Program-made: the position numbers and the translations under genes
The notes under the pieces: model-generated
What the model saw: the letters and a program-made list of their open reading frames with translations, nothing else
Told to the model about the DNA's origin: nothing
The model's database searches: none
Part shown: piece after piece, positions 48,301 to 52,140 of the stretch
Layout of the letters: the number at the start of each line of letters is the position of its first letter
How positions within the stretch are numbered: position 1 is the first letter of the stretch
Source of the DNA: Jimgerdemannia flammicorona
Lineage: Eukaryota
Reading direction: 5' to 3'
DNA length: 52,140 nt
NCBI GenBank assembly: GCA_003990765.1
Contig: RBNJ01000021.1
Coordinates: 1 to 52,140, forward strand

Positions 48301-50090
48301 GGCTTTGCATAAAGCTTGTATTTTCATAATATCTCTGGAACTATTCAGATATTCTTGAGGCAATCTTCTTTAGTTATACTAAAGATCAGGATGTCATCAA
48401 GATATATCAATAAGAAGATTAATAGTTAGTCCTTGAATATTTTATTCATAAGAGTCTGGAATGTGGTAGATACTTTAATAAGACCAAATACTAGAACTAA
48501 AAATTCATAAAGTCTAAAGAGAGTTATAAATATAGTCTTGGGGATAGCTTCTGACTTGATTCAGATTTAGTAATAGCTCAATATGAGGTCCAACTTGGTG
48601 AAGTCCTTGGTATTCTTAAGAATATCAAAAATCTGATCAATTAAGGGTAGTAGATATTAGTTCTTAACTGCAAGCTTATTGAGTATATAATAGTCTATAT
48701 ATATTTACAGAGTATTATTCTTCTTCTTGACAAATAGAACTGGTGAGCTATAGAGAGATTTGCTTGGTTGAATGACTTCTTATATAAGAAGTTCTTCTAG
48801 TTCTTTCTCAACTGTTTCAATTTTGAGTAGTGATATATAGTATATATATTTCTTAGATAGTATAGCTTCTGGGGTCAGTTAATTTCATGATTAATTTCTG
48901 GTATATATAATAGACCAGATAGCTTGTCTGGAAAGATATTCTTGAATTCTTCAAGTAGTAACTTGACACTTTTATTGATTGACAGCTTCTTGTCTTATTT
49001 CTTAAGACAGACTATTACAACAAAGATATATACTGTCTTCTTGAGTACTTTCTTATACTATATTACTGATAGTATTATAACTGAAGTCTTATTTGCAGAC
49101 ATGTCTGCCTTGATAGTAATGTTGACTTTTTCTTAAAATAGAGTAACTTCATTTTTATACTAATCAATATTCAGATTATATTTTATAAGCTAGGGATTTC
49201 CTAAGATCAAATTATGATCTCCTAGTGTAACTGTAAAGTCTACTTATTCTCAATATTTCTGAATCTTGATGGGTAGTTTGGTAGTAATTGACTCAATAGG
49301 ATGAGTATACCATCTGTAGTAACTATACCATCATTCTTGGATATAGACTTATTAAGTATCTTGAGGTTTTTAATGAGATTCTGGTTGATGAAGTTTTCTA
49401 TAGCTCTACTGTCTATAAGTACTTGAACTTCTTTTTCTTTAACTAGACCTTTGAAGATGAGCATAGCTTGAGTTCAATTTTTAGTAAGACTTGCTACTTG
49501 ATCAGTATTATCAAAATCTTTCTGATCTTGCATAATTTCAGATAGTTCTTGGACTTCTGTAATATTGAGTAAACTGGCTTTTTTTAGGATTATTTGTGTA
49601 ACTTGATCTCCTTCCTTGACTGTATAGTCTTGATATTTCTGATTGATAAGTAAGACTTGAACTTATCCTTGATAGTCTGAGTCAATAATAACAGTACCTA
49701 CATTTAAATGATATTTAATATTGAGTTCTGATTATATTACAATTCTGGCATAATGTTCTTCAGAACATTAGACTGCAATTCCAGTAGGCACTAGAGTTTG
49801 GCCTTTAGCTGGAATAGTGACTTATTTAACAGAGTATAGGTCAAGACCAATGGTATTTTCTAATTAACATTGAGGGATCTGGGCCTTTGGATGAAGCTTC
49901 TTGATCTTGAGTTCAGGTTGACTGATAGTAGAGTTGACAGGTGTATCTTTGGATAATACAATGAGTGATCTTGAGAATGCACTGGTCTTCATAGAACATT
50001 TGGTTGACATGTGTCCTATTTGGTAATAGAAAAAATAAGCTTCAGATTTCTTCAAATGGTCTTTTTCTTCAGGGGTAAGCTTGTTGTTCT
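45354..50090 (-). mobile_element. Chromovirus family B, copy B2: 5'-truncated within gag
   Basis: 3' LTR 45354-45817 and PPT 45818-45830. Chromodomain ~46310-46145, IN, RH, RT, protease (VLIDSRAIENFI, ORF 49240-49464), dUTPase ~49870-49505, knuckle YFFYYQIGHMSTKC. Confidence 0.88.
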
Positions 50091-50919
50091 TTTTATTTAT
50101 AAGGAAGGTGATGATAATGACCATCATAAGGCCAAACTTGACCTTATAAGTGATAAATTGTTGATAGAGCATATTGAATACAGATTAAGAATAGCAGTAA
50201 TATGAAGGATAAGAGTTTTGTAATAGTACTATATAAAGTCAATGAATTGATCTGAGTAAGCTGAGATAGATATAAACTATATGAATGGGTTAGAGTAGAT
50301 ATGGTCACTGCTGTAGAGGCTTGACTAGTGGTTTTCATCTTTAAAGTAGACTGAAATATAATAAAGAGAGAGATAGTATCAATTAGATCAATAGTCAGAA
50401 AAGAAGACAAAAAAAATTTATAAGAGGGGATAGTATTACTAAGACTAATACCAGATATATTAAGTCATATGATGTCATTATGATGTTATTATTTATTTTG
50501 ACATCAAGATATTTAGCATAGTTTAATCTCTTAAACTGCCAACTGTATACATCGTTATATCTATTGGATATGCTTTCAAATATATATGATTACTTTAGCT
50601 ATACTATTATTATCTTACACTATTGATGCATGGACTAATTACTAATCCAAAATAACCATGCTTCTAGTTTTGGATTTCTATAGATCTACTGACTCTAAAG
50701 AATAGATATCCATTTGAATTGCCAAGTACAATCATGTAAACCCCCCAAAAAGAGACTAAAACTAGTGCTGGATAGTATAAAGAAAGACCTTGAGATTGTT
50801 GCTGCCAGCAATAGATATGACAGACTACACAGAAACAAGGTTCAACAAATTGTCAATAAATGGAAGATATATTTGTTTTAGTTTGACTGATTGGTTAGTT
50901 AGCTAGCTCAATTAGAAAA

Positions 50920-51310
50920 TAGTATTAGTTTGTATCTCTCAGTCATCTTCAGTGACAAACTGGGACTAGTTGTTCACCAGTTATGAACTTCTAGTTTGCC
51001 AGTCACTCTAGAAGGATAGAATCTTACTTGTGGGCAAGTCTTGATAAAGATAATGGTCAGGTGTGGTCAAGCTGAAACTACTTATCTACTAGTTATAAAC
51101 TGCTAGTTCATACTCTCTCCTCTTGATCATTTGGCTGACCAGTGATTAACTACTAGTTTATGTCTCTTAGTCATCTTCATGCAGCAAGCTGGGACTGCTT
51201 GTCTACTAGTTAAGAACTGTTAGTTCACCAGTCTCTCTAGAGGGATAGTGATGAAAATAATAGCTATATGGTCAAGTTAGAACTACTCATCTATTACAAG
51301 TTTGCTGGTC
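50920..51310. repeat. Diverged tandem duplication (~230-bp period) with shorter internal subrepeats
   Basis: tagtttgtatctctcagtcatcttca...ctgggact...agttatgaact...ctctaga.ggatag at ~50925 recurs at ~51154. Confidence 0.65.
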
Positions 51311-52041
51311 TCTATCACTCACTCTTTTCTAATGATTATTATCTCTGATATTAATTGTTTTGTACCCTTTTTGCAAAGTATTATATTATGTCTCTAAAGT
51401 TGAAGTATGAAAATGTAGAGAAATATAAATAAGAATGTCTTCACTAGAAGGTTGAAATATTACAGATGAGTTGATTAGGACATCTGAATTGGGACTCTTT
51501 GTAAGATAGAAATGCTGAACTATACATCTCTTCAATCAAGCAGAGCAACAGGTACTAGCAACAGGAAATGCAATAGTCTAGATAGATATAATCTAAAAAA
51601 ATTTGCCAATGCAAGCTGTCCAACAATTCAAAAGTACATTCAAGATAAAAAGGTGAAAACTGAGAGTAAAGGAGCTGAGAAGTAATAACTATTAGTGAAA
51701 AAGATAAGGACAGAGCAGCTTTCCAAAGTTTATCTAATTATACTAATATTATAAAAACTTATCCTTATTCTGTATCAATCTTCTATCTCTTCTATAGGTG
51801 AGATTGGATATTGATAATGTGAGAATTTTAAATTCTTCTGATGCTAATTTGGATAAGGTACATTGTAACATATTCCCAAATAATTCACAGTCAGTATAAA
51901 TCTCCAATTTCTTATTTTTTATCTTCCTGAAATTAATTAAATTTATAAATGTGAATTTGAATTTATTAAGAAGAAGACAGGAGACATATAACCATCTGTA
52001 AAGAGCAGCCTGAGAAGGTAAGAATTAAATTCAATAGTAAC

Positions 52042-52140
52042 TTTTTTTTTTTTTATTTTATAGTCACTTGGACTCCTTTCCTTTATTAATATCCATCTAT
52101 CCTATATAATTACAGTGATCCCACCCCCTATCCAATCCCC
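52042..52140 (-). mobile_element. 3' end of a poly(A)-tailed non-LTR element, continuing beyond the window
   Basis: The minus strand reads aataaaggaaaggagtccaagtgacta followed by poly(A), similar to the ends at 2549 and 12537. Confidence 0.55.

Overview
Eukaryotic DNA, most likely from an early-diverging fungus (inferred from short GT-AG introns, the gene content and the TE landscape). About 85% of the window is degenerate transposable elements that are almost devoid of CpG and carry many C>T/G>A transitions. They include two hAT transposase remnants, several poly(A)-tailed 3' fragments and three MITEs. There are also five copies of three Ty3/gypsy families: A (two copies, ~1.5-kb LTRs), B (chromovirus, two copies) and C (nested in B with a CTAT target-site duplication). 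All three families carry a dUTPase. One CpG-normal island (~13.4-19.0 kb) holds a single intact 12-exon gene of ~936 aa, in which a bacterial-type family-1 sugar-binding protein is fused through a Cys-rich linker to a class C (GABA-B-like) 7TM domain. The most notable observations are: a frame-conserved ORF inside U3 of the family A LTR; a Cys/His-cluster-rich insert within family C pol; an extra ORF at the env position of family C; dUTPase in three lineages at two different positions; and the SBP-7TM receptor. All calls were made by eye. Domain boundaries in degenerate elements are approximate.
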